The notes under the pieces were generated by a model that saw only the letters and a program-made list of their open reading frames with translations, had not been told where the DNA came from and searched no databases. From an uncultured Gemmatimonadales bacterium (GTDB lineage Bacteria > Gemmatimonadota > Gemmatimonadetes > Longimicrobiales > Longimicrobiaceae), in the NCBI GenBank assembly GCA_963716255.1, contig OY970303.1, forward strand, positions 7,296,001 to 7,360,000: 64,000 bases of DNA. Direction: 5' to 3'. Positions within the stretch are counted from its first letter, which is position 1, and each line of letters starts with the position of its first letter. Below are positions 12,001 to 18,752 of this stretch, in pieces. Position numbers and translations under genes: made by a program.

Positions 12001-12297
12001 GGGACGCTCCCGGGGGGCCTGGACCCGGGCCGCATGCACCACCTGTACGGCATCTTCCGCCTCAACCTCAAGGCGCTGTACGAGTACCGTCCCGGGAGCT
12101 ACGGCGGGCCGGTCACCCTGCTGCGCCCCGCCTCCCGCGCCATCACGGAGCGGCTGCTCGAGCGGAAGACCCTCGGGTGGGAGCGCGTCGTCCGGGGCGG
12201 CGTGGAGGTCCGGACCGTCCCGGGGGACCACTACACCATGGTCCTCGAGCCCCAGGCGGCGGCGCTGGCCCGCGAGCTGGAGCGGGCGCTGGAATAG
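1..12297 (+). CDS. Non-ribosomal peptide synthetase, 5'-truncated by window edge; (C end)-A-T-C-A-T-C-A-T-C-A-T-TE
   Basis: Frame is open from position 1. Four A domains (YTSGSTG/FTSGSTG, YGP[ST]E). Four GGHSLL carrier motifs (~1858, 5035, 8182, 11350). Three HHIVSDGWS condensation cores (~2443, 5620, 8770). TE motif GWSMG (~11740). No epimerase domain. Confidence 0.98.
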   Translation: MARFDLTLALAEHERGIGGSLAFRAELWDRATMERLAVHFARLLEALVADPARPLTHLELLDAAEREQLVGEWSGSQRETERPACVHEAFVEQAARTPDTIALVHQDRALSYAELDRAANQLAHRLTRLGVGPDVRVGVCLERSPELVVGLLGILKAGGAYVPLDPQNPAERLAFMLADAGAPVLLTQERLGDRFPEFAGSVVLMDREVAQVAGESEAGPQVRLTPEHLVYVIYTSGSTGRPKGTEVPHRAIAGFFRGVEYARFDEGTVLLQHSSVSWDALTLELWPALLCGGTCVLYPGAASEPGLLGEQVREHGVNTLWLTAAYFNLIVDTTPEVLAGVSQVLTGGEAVSAAHVRRALELYPALRVVNGYGPSECTVFAACYVVPADFAASSVPVGRPIGDRRVYLLDASLSPVPRGVPGEVCIGGPSVGRGYLRRAELTATQFVPDPFGEAGGRLYRAGDRARWRADGELEFVGRMDFQVKIRGFRVEPGEVESLLGGHPQVRQAAVVVREAGGERRLVAYVTGEPGQTVAGPEVRAWLKERLPEHQVPSAVKVLEALPLTAHGKLDRRALPAPEPWDGAVAYVAPRTPVEEVLAGIWGEVLYAERVGMEDDFFELGGHSLLATRVVSRVRQAFGVELPLRALFEAPTVGALAARIDALRAEDGPQAPPLVRVPRDDTPLPLSFAQQRLWFIDQLEPGSAAYNMPFALRLWGPFDPAVLERSLAEIVRRHEALRTVFAAVDGEPVQVICDAAAVAVPVTDLRRLPEPRREAEVLRLVSAEATRPFDLAVGPLLRVSAVRLGDAEWGMLFTLHHIVSDGWSMGVVVREVSALYDALAEGCPAELPPLPVQYADYAAWQRAWLAGEALEARLGYWRDELADAPPLLELPTDHPRPQAQDPRGGSVGVHLSAELSRELRALSRREGATTFMTLLAAWQLLLARYAGVEDVSVGTPIAGRTRLETEPLIGFFVNTLVLRTDLSGEPTFAELLGRVRETTLGAYQHQDVPFERLVEELAPVRSLAHTPLFQAMFALQNNERSGLRMGALEMEPLASGGEEIAKFDLALGLTEHEQGFAGALSYRAELWDRATMERMAGHFARLVEALVRSASTVADVAFLGEEEREQLLVGWNDAGAGYPAGDLVHGLFAEQAARTPDAVALVHGAGQLTYADLAARVDRLARRLGGLGVGPEVRVGICLERSPEMIASALATLAAGGAYVPIDPVYPAERVAYLLEDSGVPVVLTQAALAGRFAGFGGRVALIDEVDEDHGPPARAQAVSARSLAYVIYTSGSTGKPKGVGVEHGSLANYARVAREYFGITPADRVLQFASLSFDTSAEEIYPALLGGASLVLRTEEMLGSAARFFERCAEWGVTVLDLPTAYWHELVAALDRGEASLPPCVRLVVVGGERMLPERVSQWRRSVGDAAALVNGYGPTEATIVATLGHVGEGKLTIGAPVGNVRVYVLEPSGLPAPVGVPGELWIGGAQVARGYLGRPVATAERFGPDPFSGEAGGRMYRSGDRARWLATGELEYLGRMDSQVKVRGFRIEPGEIETVLSGLPQMREAVAVVREDGGERRLVAYVVAEPGQTVSASEARRWLKERLPGYMVPSAVVVLESIPLTANLKVDHRALPAPEWSGGDEKAYVAPRTQTEEILAGIWGEVLRVERVGMEDNFFDVGGHSLLATRVVSRVRQAFGVELPLRALFEAPTVGALAARIDALRAEDGPQAPPLVRVPRGDTPLPLSFAQQRLWFIDQLEPGSAAYNMPFALRLRGPFDPAVLERSLAEIVRRHEALRTVFAAVDGEPVQVVRDAAAVAVPVTDLRRLPEPRREAEVLRLVSAEATRPFDLAVGPLLRVSAVRLGDSEWGMLFTLHHIVSDGWSMGVLVREVSALYDALAEGRPAELPPLPVQYADYAAWQRAWLAGEALEARLGYWRDELADAPPLLELPTDHPRPQTQDPRGGSVGVHLSAELSRELRALSRREGATTFMTLLAAWQLLLARYAGVEDVSVGTPIAGRTRLETEPLIGFFVNTLVLRTDLSGEPTFTELLGRVRETTLGAYQHQDVPFERLVEELAPERTLAHTPLFQAMLVHQNNEGGELRMGGLDVEPLGAGAEGIAKFDLTLGLAADEQGIGGSLTYRAELWERATMERMAGHFVRLLEALVADPALVAADAALLDDGEREQLLAEWNDTRAGYPAGALVHDLVAAQARRTPDAVALVSGAEPTTYAELDAAANRLAHLLRRRGVGPESRVGVALDRRPELLVALLGVLRAGGAYVPLDPAYPRGRLGWMIEDAAVELVVTRGSLADRVPGAPTLALDEAAAELAAEPAGAPESGVGPENLSHVIFTSGSTGRPKGVMIRHASTAVLVHWMRDHVSDRERSGVLWSTSVSFDVSVAEVFGTLCWGGRLVLVENALALPEVAGQGIVYASMVPTAAAELLRAGGIPASVRTLNLGGEPLPNELAQALHALGTVQTVGNLYGPTEDTTYSTYARVEPGAERVRVGRPVADTRAYVLDGRLHPVPAGVVGELYLAGGGTARGYAGRPELTAERFLPDPFGEPGSRMYRVMDRVRWTSGGELEYFGRTDFQVKVRGFRIEPGEVEVVLQRHAGVAAAVVVARGDASGGTRLVAYVVPAGGEVAAAELRAHLRAHLPEYMVPSALVTLAALPLTASGKVDRRALPDPGAGAAAVEYLAPRTPDEEILAGIYEDVLRVERVGVEDGFFELGGHSLLATRVVSRVRQAFGVELPLRALFEAPTVGALAARIDALRAEDGPQAPPLVRVPRGDDAPLPLSFAQQRLWFIDQLEPGSAAYNMPFALRLRGPFDPAVLERSLAEIVRRHETLRTVFSTVDGEPVQVVRDAAAVAVPVTDLRALPDVRREAEVLRLASAEAARPFDLAAGPLLRASAVRLADAEWAVLVTLHHIVSDGWSMGVLVREISALYGAVAEGRDAELPALPVQYADHAAWQRAWLTGDALEARLAFWREQLADAPPLLELPTDHPRPQAQDPRGGSVGVHLSAELSRELRALSRREGATTFMTLLAAWQLLLARYAGVEDVSVGTPIAGRTRLETEPLIGFFVNTLVLRTDLSGEPTFAELLGRVRETTLGAYQHQDVPFERLVEELAPERTLAHTPLFQAMLVLQNDDWGELRVGGLDVQPLGAGAEGIAKFDLSLGLAADEQGIGGSLTYRAELWERATMERMAGHFARLLGALVADPALVAADVVFLDDGEREQLLAEWNDTRAGYPAGALVHDLVAAQARRTPHAVALVHGAEETTYAELDAAASRLAGLLRRRGVGPESRVGIFLERRPELAAALLGVLRAGGAYVPLDPAYPRERLGWMIEDAAVELVLTTTWLADRVPGAPVLALDEAAAELAAEPAVAPESGVGPENLSHVIFTSGSTGRPKGVMIRHASTAVLVHWMRDHVSDRERSGVLWSTSVSFDVSVAEVFGTLCWGGRLVLVENALALPEVAGQGIVYASMVPTAAAELLRAGGIPASVRTLNLGGEPLPSGLAQALHALGTVETVGNLYGPTEDTTYSTYARVEPGAERVRVGRPVADTRAYVLDGRLHPVPAGVAGELYLAGGGTARGYAGRPELTAERFLPDPFGEPGSRMYRVMDRVRWTSGGELEYFGRTDFQVKVRGFRIELGEIETALELHEGVHRAVAVVREDPASGGAGDRRIVAYVVGSAAEAGAAGLRAHLRERLPEYMIPAAFVALAELPLTASGKVDRRALPAPDAGEGAREEEYAAPRDILETTIGGIFEEVLGVARVGLRDGFFELGGHSLLAVQVMSRVEKATGVRLPVAVLFTAPTVEQLADEVRRGGGGPRPLLAPIRPGGSRAPLFLVHPVGGDVMAYAALAASLDPEQPLYGLRARGVEPGENPNWTVEEMVRDYLAELRRERPAGPYRLGGWSMGGVVAFEMARRLEAEGERVDRLVLIDSQVPWLRDPDREMPRNVLELVQLFVRDLGHEEDPLPPAPGAGESEYLHQLLESARLAGTLPGGLDPGRMHHLYGIFRLNLKALYEYRPGSYGGPVTLLRPASRAITERLLERKTLGWERVVRGGVEVRTVPGDHYTMVLEPQAAALARELERALE

Positions 12298-12304
12298 GAT
12301 GAAC

Positions 12305-12835
12305 GGCGGGGTTCGGGCGTGCCCCCGGCGGGGCGCCGGGGTCGGGCTTCGGCTCCGTAACGCACGAAACAACCGTGCGTAACGGAGTCGAGCCCCGGCG
12401 GAAACGGCCCCGCCGGGTCTCGCCCCTTCGGGCCGAAATCCCTCACGCGACGGCGGGCCCCCTCCCCCCAAGCGGGAGAGGGGGAGAACTGCGCGAGCAC
12501 GGCAGGTATCGCGCTGGCGCCCGCGGGAGGCCCCCACCCGGCTCGCACGGGCTCGCCGCCCTCTCCCGTTCCGGGGGAGGGGAATCTCCACGCTGACGAT
12601 TCCCGCCGTTGTCGTGTCGTGCTCCCCCTTTCCCCCGCTTGCGGGGGAGAGGGGGCCGGGGGGTGAGGGGGCCGGCTCTCGCCGACGCCGGCGTGATGCC
12701 TGCGTGAGGGATGCGAGCGCGAAGCGGCGAGACCCGCCGGCAGTTTGGCGGGGCTCGCCTCCGTTGCAGACGGTTGTTTCGTCTGCTACGGAGCCGCAGC
12801 CCGACCCCGGCGCAGCCGGGGTCACGCCCGAACCC
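12305..12835. repeat. Composite palindromic intergenic repeat, copy 1: structured unit (+) 12315-12448, REP-like hairpins, structured unit (-) 12702-12829
   Basis: GGGCGTG...ATCCCTCACGC unit is present in inverted orientation at both ends. Internal CCCTCACCCC/CCCTCTCCC-GGGAGAGGG type hairpins. Homologous to 16932-17449 and 57622-57980. Confidence 0.9.
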
Positions 12836-12858
12836 TGCCCTTCACCCCGGTCCAGACC

Positions 12859-13419
12859 CTAGAGCCCGGAGTAGAAACGGGGCGCGCGGTCGCGCGGCAG
12901 GCGGCCGAACCGCGGGTACAGCGCGAACACCACGGTCGTCAGGCTCGTCTGCGAGCGGAGGTGGGAAGCGATCTCGATCAGCATGGCCACGGCGGACTGC
13001 TCCAGCGAGAGCCGGGCGGCGCCGGTCGCCAGGGCGGGAAACGCGATCGAGCGGTATCCCATCTCGTCGCAGAGCTGCAGGCACCTCGCGGTGACCCCCG
13101 TCACCAGGTCGACCGTCGTCGAGTCCCAGTCCGCGAGATCCAGGACGGCCGCGTGGAACACCCGCTTCGCCTTCATCCGGCCGGCCGACGTGACGGCGAC
13201 GCCGCCCAGCGGGACCGGGGCCAGCGCCCGGGCTTCACGCCCCACGGACTCGCCGCCCGCTCCCAGGATCGCCCGCGAAACGCCCCCGCCCATGGAAAGC
13301 TCGACGTCGTCGGAGCTGACCACCACGTCCACGTCCAGGGTCGTGATGTCGTAGAAGTCCAGGCGCAGCGTGGACCGGTTGATCGTACGCCGGAACGGGC
13401 GGAGGGGCGATCCGGGCAT
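12859..13419 (-). CDS. Macro domain (ADP-ribose-binding) protein
   Basis: DITTLDVDVVV...MGGGVSRAI...VAVTSAG...VFHA...SIAFPALATG match macrodomain motifs. Confidence 0.85.
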   Translation of the reverse strand: MPGSPLRPFRRTINRSTLRLDFYDITTLDVDVVVSSDDVELSMGGGVSRAILGAGGESVGREARALAPVPLGGVAVTSAGRMKAKRVFHAAVLDLADWDSTTVDLVTGVTARCLQLCDEMGYRSIAFPALATGAARLSLEQSAVAMLIEIASHLRSQTSLTTVVFALYPRFGRLPRDRAPRFYSGL

Positions 13420-13769
13420 CTGCGATCCTTTGGTGAAGTTTCCTGTGATGCGCGGGTCCCTACAAGTAGGCCAGTTTTTGGTCGGCGCGCAAGAGCGACG
13501 TTCGCCGCCGGCCTCGCAGCGCCCCGGCGGACCGCACCGCGGGCGCCTGCCGCGACGAGCCCCGACGCACCTGAATTCCCCTCAGCTGTTCAGGAGAGCA
13601 TGGCCTTTGCTCCCCTAAACCGTCGAGGAGAAAGCCGGGAGGCGGCCGGCGACTTGCGCGCGGGCCCCCGAGGTGAGATAAGTGAGTGCCGGCGGCCGGG
13701 AAGCTCCTTTCGCGGTGCGACTTCCGCCGCACCCGCACGCCGCCGTGGACCCCCCCGCCAGGGACCGTC

Positions 13770-14582
13770 ATGACCCAGGACGTTCTGTCACGCAACAACG
13801 TGAAGGTGTCCGGTTCCGGCACGCAGCCCATGGTGTTCGCCCACGGCTTCGGGTGCGACCAGAACATGTGGCGCTTCGTGGCGCCCGCCTTCGAGGACGA
13901 CTACCGGGTGGTCCTCTTCGACTACGTGGGGGCGGGCAGGTCCGACCTGGCCGCGTACGACGCCGAGCGCTACTCCCGCCTCGAAGGCTACGCGGAAGAC
14001 GTGCTCGACGTCTGCCGCGCGCTGGAGCTGGAGAACGTCGTCCTGGTGGGCCACTCCGTGAGCAGCATGATCGCGGTGCTCGCCGCCAACCGGGAGCCGG
14101 AGCGGTTCGACCGGCTCGTCCTCGTGGGCCCGTCGCCCCGCTACGTCAACGACCCCCCGTACGTGGGGGGCTTCGAGCGCGCCGACATCGAGGGCCTGCT
14201 GGAGATGATGGACCGCAACTACATCGGCTGGGCCAACTTCCTGGCGCCCGCCATCGTCAAGAACCCGGACCGGCCGGAGCTGGGCGAGGAGCTCACGGCG
14301 AGCTTCTGCTCCACCGATCCGGTCATCGCCCGGCGCTTCGCCGAGGCCACTTTCCTGGCGGACAACCGCGGCGACCTGCCCCGGGTCCGGGTCCCCGCGC
14401 TGATCCTGCAGTGCGCGGACGACATGATCGCGCCGGTGGAGGTCGGCGAGTACCTGCACCGCGAGCTCCCGGGGAGCACCCTGCGGATGATGAGCGCGAC
14501 GGGCCACTGCCCGCACATGAGCCACCCGGAGGAGACGATCCGGGCCATCCGGGAGTACCTGTCGGCCGCGCACGCCGGGTGA
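13770..14582 (+). CDS. rsbQ: RsbQ/KAI2/D14-like alpha/beta hydrolase
   Basis: [10 protein letters not shown]...[12 protein letters not shown], nucleophile GHSVS, C-terminal GHCPHMS are typical of RsbQ. Confidence 0.9.
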   Translation: MTQDVLSRNNVKVSGSGTQPMVFAHGFGCDQNMWRFVAPAFEDDYRVVLFDYVGAGRSDLAAYDAERYSRLEGYAEDVLDVCRALELENVVLVGHSVSSMIAVLAANREPERFDRLVLVGPSPRYVNDPPYVGGFERADIEGLLEMMDRNYIGWANFLAPAIVKNPDRPELGEELTASFCSTDPVIARRFAEATFLADNRGDLPRVRVPALILQCADDMIAPVEVGEYLHRELPGSTLRMMSATGHCPHMSHPEETIRAIREYLSAAHAG

Positions 14583-14607
14583 GGCCGGGTCCGGCGGCCG
14601 CACGGAG

Positions 14608-15903
14608 GTGCGCGTGGACGAGCTGCTGAACACCGCGCCCTGCGGCTTCCTCGCCTTCGGGGACGACGGCACGGTCGAGCAGGTCAACGCGACGCTGCTG
14701 GACACGCTCGGCTACGCGCGGGAGGAGCTGGTGGGGGCGCACGTGGAGCGCATCCTGACCATCGGGAGCCGCATCTTCTACCAGACCCACTGGTTCCCGC
14801 TGCTCCGGCTCCACGGCCGCGCCGAGGAGATCTTCCTGCTGCTGCGCCCGCGCGCCGGCGAGGACGTGGGCGTACTCGTCAACGCGGTGCGGCGGGAGCG
14901 CGGCGGCGGGATCCTGTACGACTGCGTCCTGATGCAGGTGCGGGAGCGGCGCAAGTACGAGGACGAGCTGCTGCGGGCCAGGCGGACCGCGGAGCTGGCC
15001 GGCGCCGAGCTGGAGGGGCAGAAGCGGGTGCTGGAGCAGGCGAACGCGCTGCTGGAGGCGCAGGCGCTGGAGCTGGAGCTCCAGCAGCAGCAGATGCAGG
15101 AGCAGGCGGCCGAGCTGGAGCTGGCGGGCGAGGAGCTGCGGGTGATGAACGAGGACCTCCTCGCCCGGACGGAGGAAGCGGAGCACCTGCGGGAGGTGGC
15201 CGAGGAGGCCAACCAGGCAAAGAGCACCTTCCTCGCGGTGATGAGCCACGAGCTGCGCACGCCCCTCAACGCCATCTCCGGGTACGTCCAGATCCTGGAG
15301 ATGGGGATCCACGGCCCGGTCACCGCGGCCCAGCGCGACACCCTCGGCCGCATCGACCGCAGCCAGCTCCACCTGCTGCGGCTCATCAACGACGTCCTGA
15401 ACCTGGCCCGCATCGAGGCCGGGCGCGTCGACTACCTGGTCGAGGCGGTCGCGGCCGCGGAGCTGGTCGCCTCGGTGACGCCGATGATCGAGCCGCAGAT
15501 GGGGAGCAAGGGCGTGGTCTTCACGGTGGAGGTCCCGCCGGAGCTGGTCGTGCGCGCCGACCGCGAGAAGGCGCAGCAGATCCTGCTCAACCTGCTCGGC
15601 AACGCGGTCAAGTTCACTCCGGCCGGAGGCCGGGTCCGCGTCGCCGCCGAACGGTCCGCCGGGGCGGCCCGCGAGCTCCTGCTCCGGGTCCACGACACCG
15701 GCATCGGGATCCCGCCCGGGAAGCTGGAAGCGGTTTTCGAGCCGTTCGTGCAGGTGGACGCGAGCCGCACGCGCGCGGCCGAGGGCTCGGGGCTGGGGCT
15801 GGCCATCAGCCGGAACCTGGCCCGCGGGATGGGCGGGGACATCACGGCCCGCAGCGTCCCCGGCGAGGGGAGCACGTTCACGCTGGTCCTGCCGCTCGCG
15901 TGA
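14608..15903 (+). CDS. PAS domain sensor histidine kinase (RsbP-like PAS)
   Basis: N-terminal APCGFL...IFYQTH..PLL PAS, coiled coil, H-box [10 protein letters not shown]-box NAVKF, DTGIG, GSGLGL. Confidence 0.93.
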   Translation: MRVDELLNTAPCGFLAFGDDGTVEQVNATLLDTLGYAREELVGAHVERILTIGSRIFYQTHWFPLLRLHGRAEEIFLLLRPRAGEDVGVLVNAVRRERGGGILYDCVLMQVRERRKYEDELLRARRTAELAGAELEGQKRVLEQANALLEAQALELELQQQQMQEQAAELELAGEELRVMNEDLLARTEEAEHLREVAEEANQAKSTFLAVMSHELRTPLNAISGYVQILEMGIHGPVTAAQRDTLGRIDRSQLHLLRLINDVLNLARIEAGRVDYLVEAVAAAELVASVTPMIEPQMGSKGVVFTVEVPPELVVRADREKAQQILLNLLGNAVKFTPAGGRVRVAAERSAGAARELLLRVHDTGIGIPPGKLEAVFEPFVQVDASRTRAAEGSGLGLAISRNLARGMGGDITARSVPGEGSTFTLVLPLA

Positions 15904-15988
15904 GCCCGGCCGCGGCGCGCAGATCGGCCTTTCCGCGCCCGGCGAGCCCGCGGCCCGAGCCCCCCGGCGGACGGACGGAAGCAGCGAG

Positions 15989-16906
15989 ATGATCCCACGC
16001 TGGCGTACGTACCCGGGCGCGGCCGACCCGCGGGCCCTCCCCATGCCGGTCGTGGTGGGCTCGCCCCGCTCCGGGACCACCCTGCTGCGCCTGATGCTGG
16101 ATTCCCACCCGGAGCTGGCCATCCCGCCGGAGACCGGCTTCCTGGCGCTCGCCCCCCGGCTGCGCGGGCGCGGGGACCGGCTGCGCGACAGGTTCTTTCA
16201 CGCGCTGACCACCTACGGGGAGCCGTCGCCGGCGTGGCCCGACTTCGAGATCCCCGCGGCGGCGTTCCGGAGCGCCCTGCTGGAGATCTCCCCCTTCACC
16301 GCGGCCGCGGGGTTTCGCGCCTTCTACCGGCTGTACGCGGAGCGCTTCGGCAAGGCGCGTTGGGGCGACAAGACCCCGCTGTACTGCATGCAGGTGGACA
16401 CCATCCGCCGCGTCCTCCCCGAGGCGCGCTTCGTCCACCTGGTCCGCGACGGGCGCGACGCCGCCCTGTCGCTGCGCCGCATGTGGTTCTCGCCCGGCCA
16501 CGACATCGAGACGCAGGCGGCGTACTGGCGCCGCTGCGTCCTCGCCGCGCGCCGCGCGGGGCTGGGCCGTCCGGACTACCTGGAGGTCCGCTACGAGGAC
16601 CTGGTCCTGCGCACCCGGCCCACGCTGGAGCGCGTCTGCGCCTTCGTCGGCCTGGCGTACCACGAGGCGATGGAGGGCTACCCCGCGCGCGCCGGCGAGC
16701 GGCTGGCCGAGCACAAGGGACGCTCGGCGCCGGACGGGACGCAGCTGCTGAGCCGGGAGCAGCGCCTTGCCCAGCAGGAGCGCACCACGCGCGCGCCGGA
16801 TCCGGGGCTGGTGGGCGCCTGGAAGGAGGCGATGAACCCCGAGGACCAGGCGAGGTTCGCGCGGGTGGCCGGCGGCCTGCTGCGCGAGCTGGGCTACGAG
16901 GTGTGA
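15989..16906 (+). CDS. PAPS-dependent sulfotransferase
   Basis: GSPRSGTTLL (5'-PSB), WGDKTP, LVRDGRD (3'-PB), RYEDLV. Confidence 0.92.
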   Translation: MIPRWRTYPGAADPRALPMPVVVGSPRSGTTLLRLMLDSHPELAIPPETGFLALAPRLRGRGDRLRDRFFHALTTYGEPSPAWPDFEIPAAAFRSALLEISPFTAAAGFRAFYRLYAERFGKARWGDKTPLYCMQVDTIRRVLPEARFVHLVRDGRDAALSLRRMWFSPGHDIETQAAYWRRCVLAARRAGLGRPDYLEVRYEDLVLRTRPTLERVCAFVGLAYHEAMEGYPARAGERLAEHKGRSAPDGTQLLSREQRLAQQERTTRAPDPGLVGAWKEAMNPEDQARFARVAGGLLRELGYEV

Positions 16907-16931
16907 ACAGGGGTTTTGAACCGAGGGTCGT

Positions 16932-17449
16932 ACGGCGGGTTCGGGCGTGCCCCCGGCTGCGCCGGGGTCGGGCTTCGGCTCCGTAAGGCGAGCAAACAAC
17001 GCTCGCCAACGGAGTCGAGCCCCGGCGGAAACAGCCCCGCCGGGTCTCGCCCCTTCGGGCCGAAATCCCTCACGCGGGCATCGCGCTGGCGTCCGCGAGG
17101 GTGGTCCCCCTCACCCCCCTGCACCCTTTCCCCGCAAGCGGGGGAAAGGGGGGACGACACGGCAACCCCCCTCCCCCCGGCCCCCTCCCCCGCAAGGGGG
17201 GAGGGGGAGCACGACATGACGCCGGCGGGGATCGTCCGCGTGGAGATTCCCCTCCCCCGGAACGGGGGAGGGTGGCGAGCCTAAGCGAGCCGGGTGGGGG
17301 CCCGCCGTCGCGTGAGGGATTTCGGCCCGAAGGGGCGAGACCGCGCGGCTGTTTGCGCGGGCTCGACTCCGTTGGGCTGCGTTGTTTGCAGCCCTACGGA
17401 GCCGAAGCCCGACCCCGGCGCCAGCCGGGGGCACGCCCGAACCCGCCGT
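16932..17449. repeat. Composite palindromic intergenic repeat, copy 2: structured unit (+) 16943-17075, REP-like hairpins, structured unit (-) 17310-17438
   Basis: Terminal inverted repeat ACGGCGGGTTCGGGCGTGCCCCCGGC / GCCGGGGGCACGCCCGAACCCGCCGT. Internal modules are shared with copy 1 in opposite orientation. Confidence 0.9.
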
Positions 17450-18752
17450 TCCCCCCGCCGTTCCCCCCGCCGCTCCTCCCGTCATTCCTCCCGTCATTCC
17501 TCCGGTCGCCCGAACCCGAACCCGCCCCGGCCGGAAAAGAAACGCCCGCGGCGTCCGCGTACACCCGCACGACGCCCTCCACGAAGGCGCGCGTGGAAAA
17601 GAGCTCTTCCACCCGTTTCGCTCCCGCCCTCCCCATGGCGGCGGCGGCGGCCGGGTCGGACAGCAGCCGCTCCAGCGCGTCCGCGAGCGCGGCGGGGTCG
17701 CCCGGCTCCACCAGCAGCCCCGTGATCCCGTCGTCCACCTGCTCCGGCACCCCGGAGATGCGCGTCGCCACGACCGGGACGCCGAAGCGCATGGCCTCCA
17801 GGTTGGTGATGGGGAAGCCCTCGCCCCCCACCACCCGGTGCGACCGCCCGTCGAACCGCAGCTCCTCGCCGCTCACCGACGGCAGCACGGTGGCGTTGGC
17901 ATAGGGGTAGAACGCGAACGGCGAGTCGTGCCAGCCGGTGAAGGTGAGGTTGTCGATGCCGTGCCCGTCCGCCTTTCGCGCCAGCCAGGCGTGGTAGTCC
18001 GCGTGGGCGGGGATGAGGTCGCCGATCCAGAGCACGGCGAGCCGCTCCCGCCAGCCCCGCGCGTTGAGCAGCGCCAGCGCGTCGATCAGGTGGTGGCACC
18101 CCTTGAACGGGGCGAGCGACGCGAAGCAGCAGACGACCCTCACCCCGCGCGCGCGCAGCGATTCCAGGAAGGGAAGGGGGCGCGTGGGGAACGCGGCCGC
18201 GGTCATCCCGTTGTAGACCGTCACCGCCCGGCCCAGGGCGGCGGGCGAGAGCGTCCGCCGCGCGCCGTCGGACACCGCGATGATGCGGGCGGGGACGTTC
18301 TCCGTGACCCAGCGGCCCAGCCCCGCGAAAAGGAGCTCGCCATGCAGGTGCCCCACGACGGGCACCCCCGCCAGGCGCGCGGCGGCGGCGGCCAGCAGCG
18401 CGCCGCGCCCGTCGTTGACGTGCACCAGCCCGATCCCCCGGCGCCGGATCACGCGGCGCAGGCGGAGCGTGAACGGGACCAGCTCGCGGGCCGCGATCCC
18501 CAGCCGCGTCGCCAGCGAGGTGTGCAGGAGCCACCCGCCGAAGGTGCTCATGGCGGGACCGGGCTCGATCACCTCGCACGGGATGCCGTGCGCGCGGAAC
18601 GCCTCCGCCACCCGCCCGGGGGCGGCGACCACCACGTGCGGCTCGACCCACGGCGGGAGGTTGCGGACCAGCTCCAGGACGCTGCGGTTCGCGCCCGCCA
18701 TGCGGGTGTGGTCGGCGATCAGGTACAGCACGCGGAGGGGCGCCGCGCTCAA
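17394..18752 (-). CDS. Glycosyltransferase family 4 (GT-B)
   Basis: PLRVLYL, KGCHHL, EGFPITNLEAM, GVPEQVDDGITGLLV. TTG start overlaps the upstream stop (TTGA). The 3' end runs into the repeat. Confidence 0.88.
   Translation of the reverse strand: MSAAPLRVLYLIADHTRMAGANRSVLELVRNLPPWVEPHVVVAAPGRVAEAFRAHGIPCEVIEPGPAMSTFGGWLLHTSLATRLGIAARELVPFTLRLRRVIRRRGIGLVHVNDGRGALLAAAAARLAGVPVVGHLHGELLFAGLGRWVTENVPARIIAVSDGARRTLSPAALGRAVTVYNGMTAAAFPTRPLPFLESLRARGVRVVCCFASLAPFKGCHHLIDALALLNARGWRERLAVLWIGDLIPAHADYHAWLARKADGHGIDNLTFTGWHDSPFAFYPYANATVLPSVSGEELRFDGRSHRVVGGEGFPITNLEAMRFGVPVVATRISGVPEQVDDGITGLLVEPGDPAALADALERLLSDPAAAAAMGRAGAKRVEELFSTRAFVEGVVRVYADAAGVSFPAGAGSGSGDRRNDGRNDGRSGGGNGGGNGGFGRAPGWRRGRASAP
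17442..17501. repeat. 12-bp tandem repeat, 5 degenerate units (CCCGCCGTTCCC / CCCGTCATTCCT)
   Basis: Units at 17442, 17454, 17466, 17478 and 17490, read directly from the sequence. Confidence 0.8.

Noticed and set aside
2815..12825. 3336-aa minus-strand ORF and long alternative-frame ORFs over the NRPS (e.g. 960-6539)
   Set aside because: Shadow frames caused by extreme GC3 bias. They are R/A/G/P-rich, show no domain motifs and fully overlap a clear gene.
13643..13658. Possible sigma-54 site CGGCCGGCGACTTGCG upstream of rsbQ
   Set aside because: Spacing is correct, but the -24 match is poor and expected by chance at this GC content.
12305..17501. Repeats as a CRISPR array or autonomous IS
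   Set aside because: No regularly spaced direct repeats with unique spacers, no cas genes and no transposase ORF.
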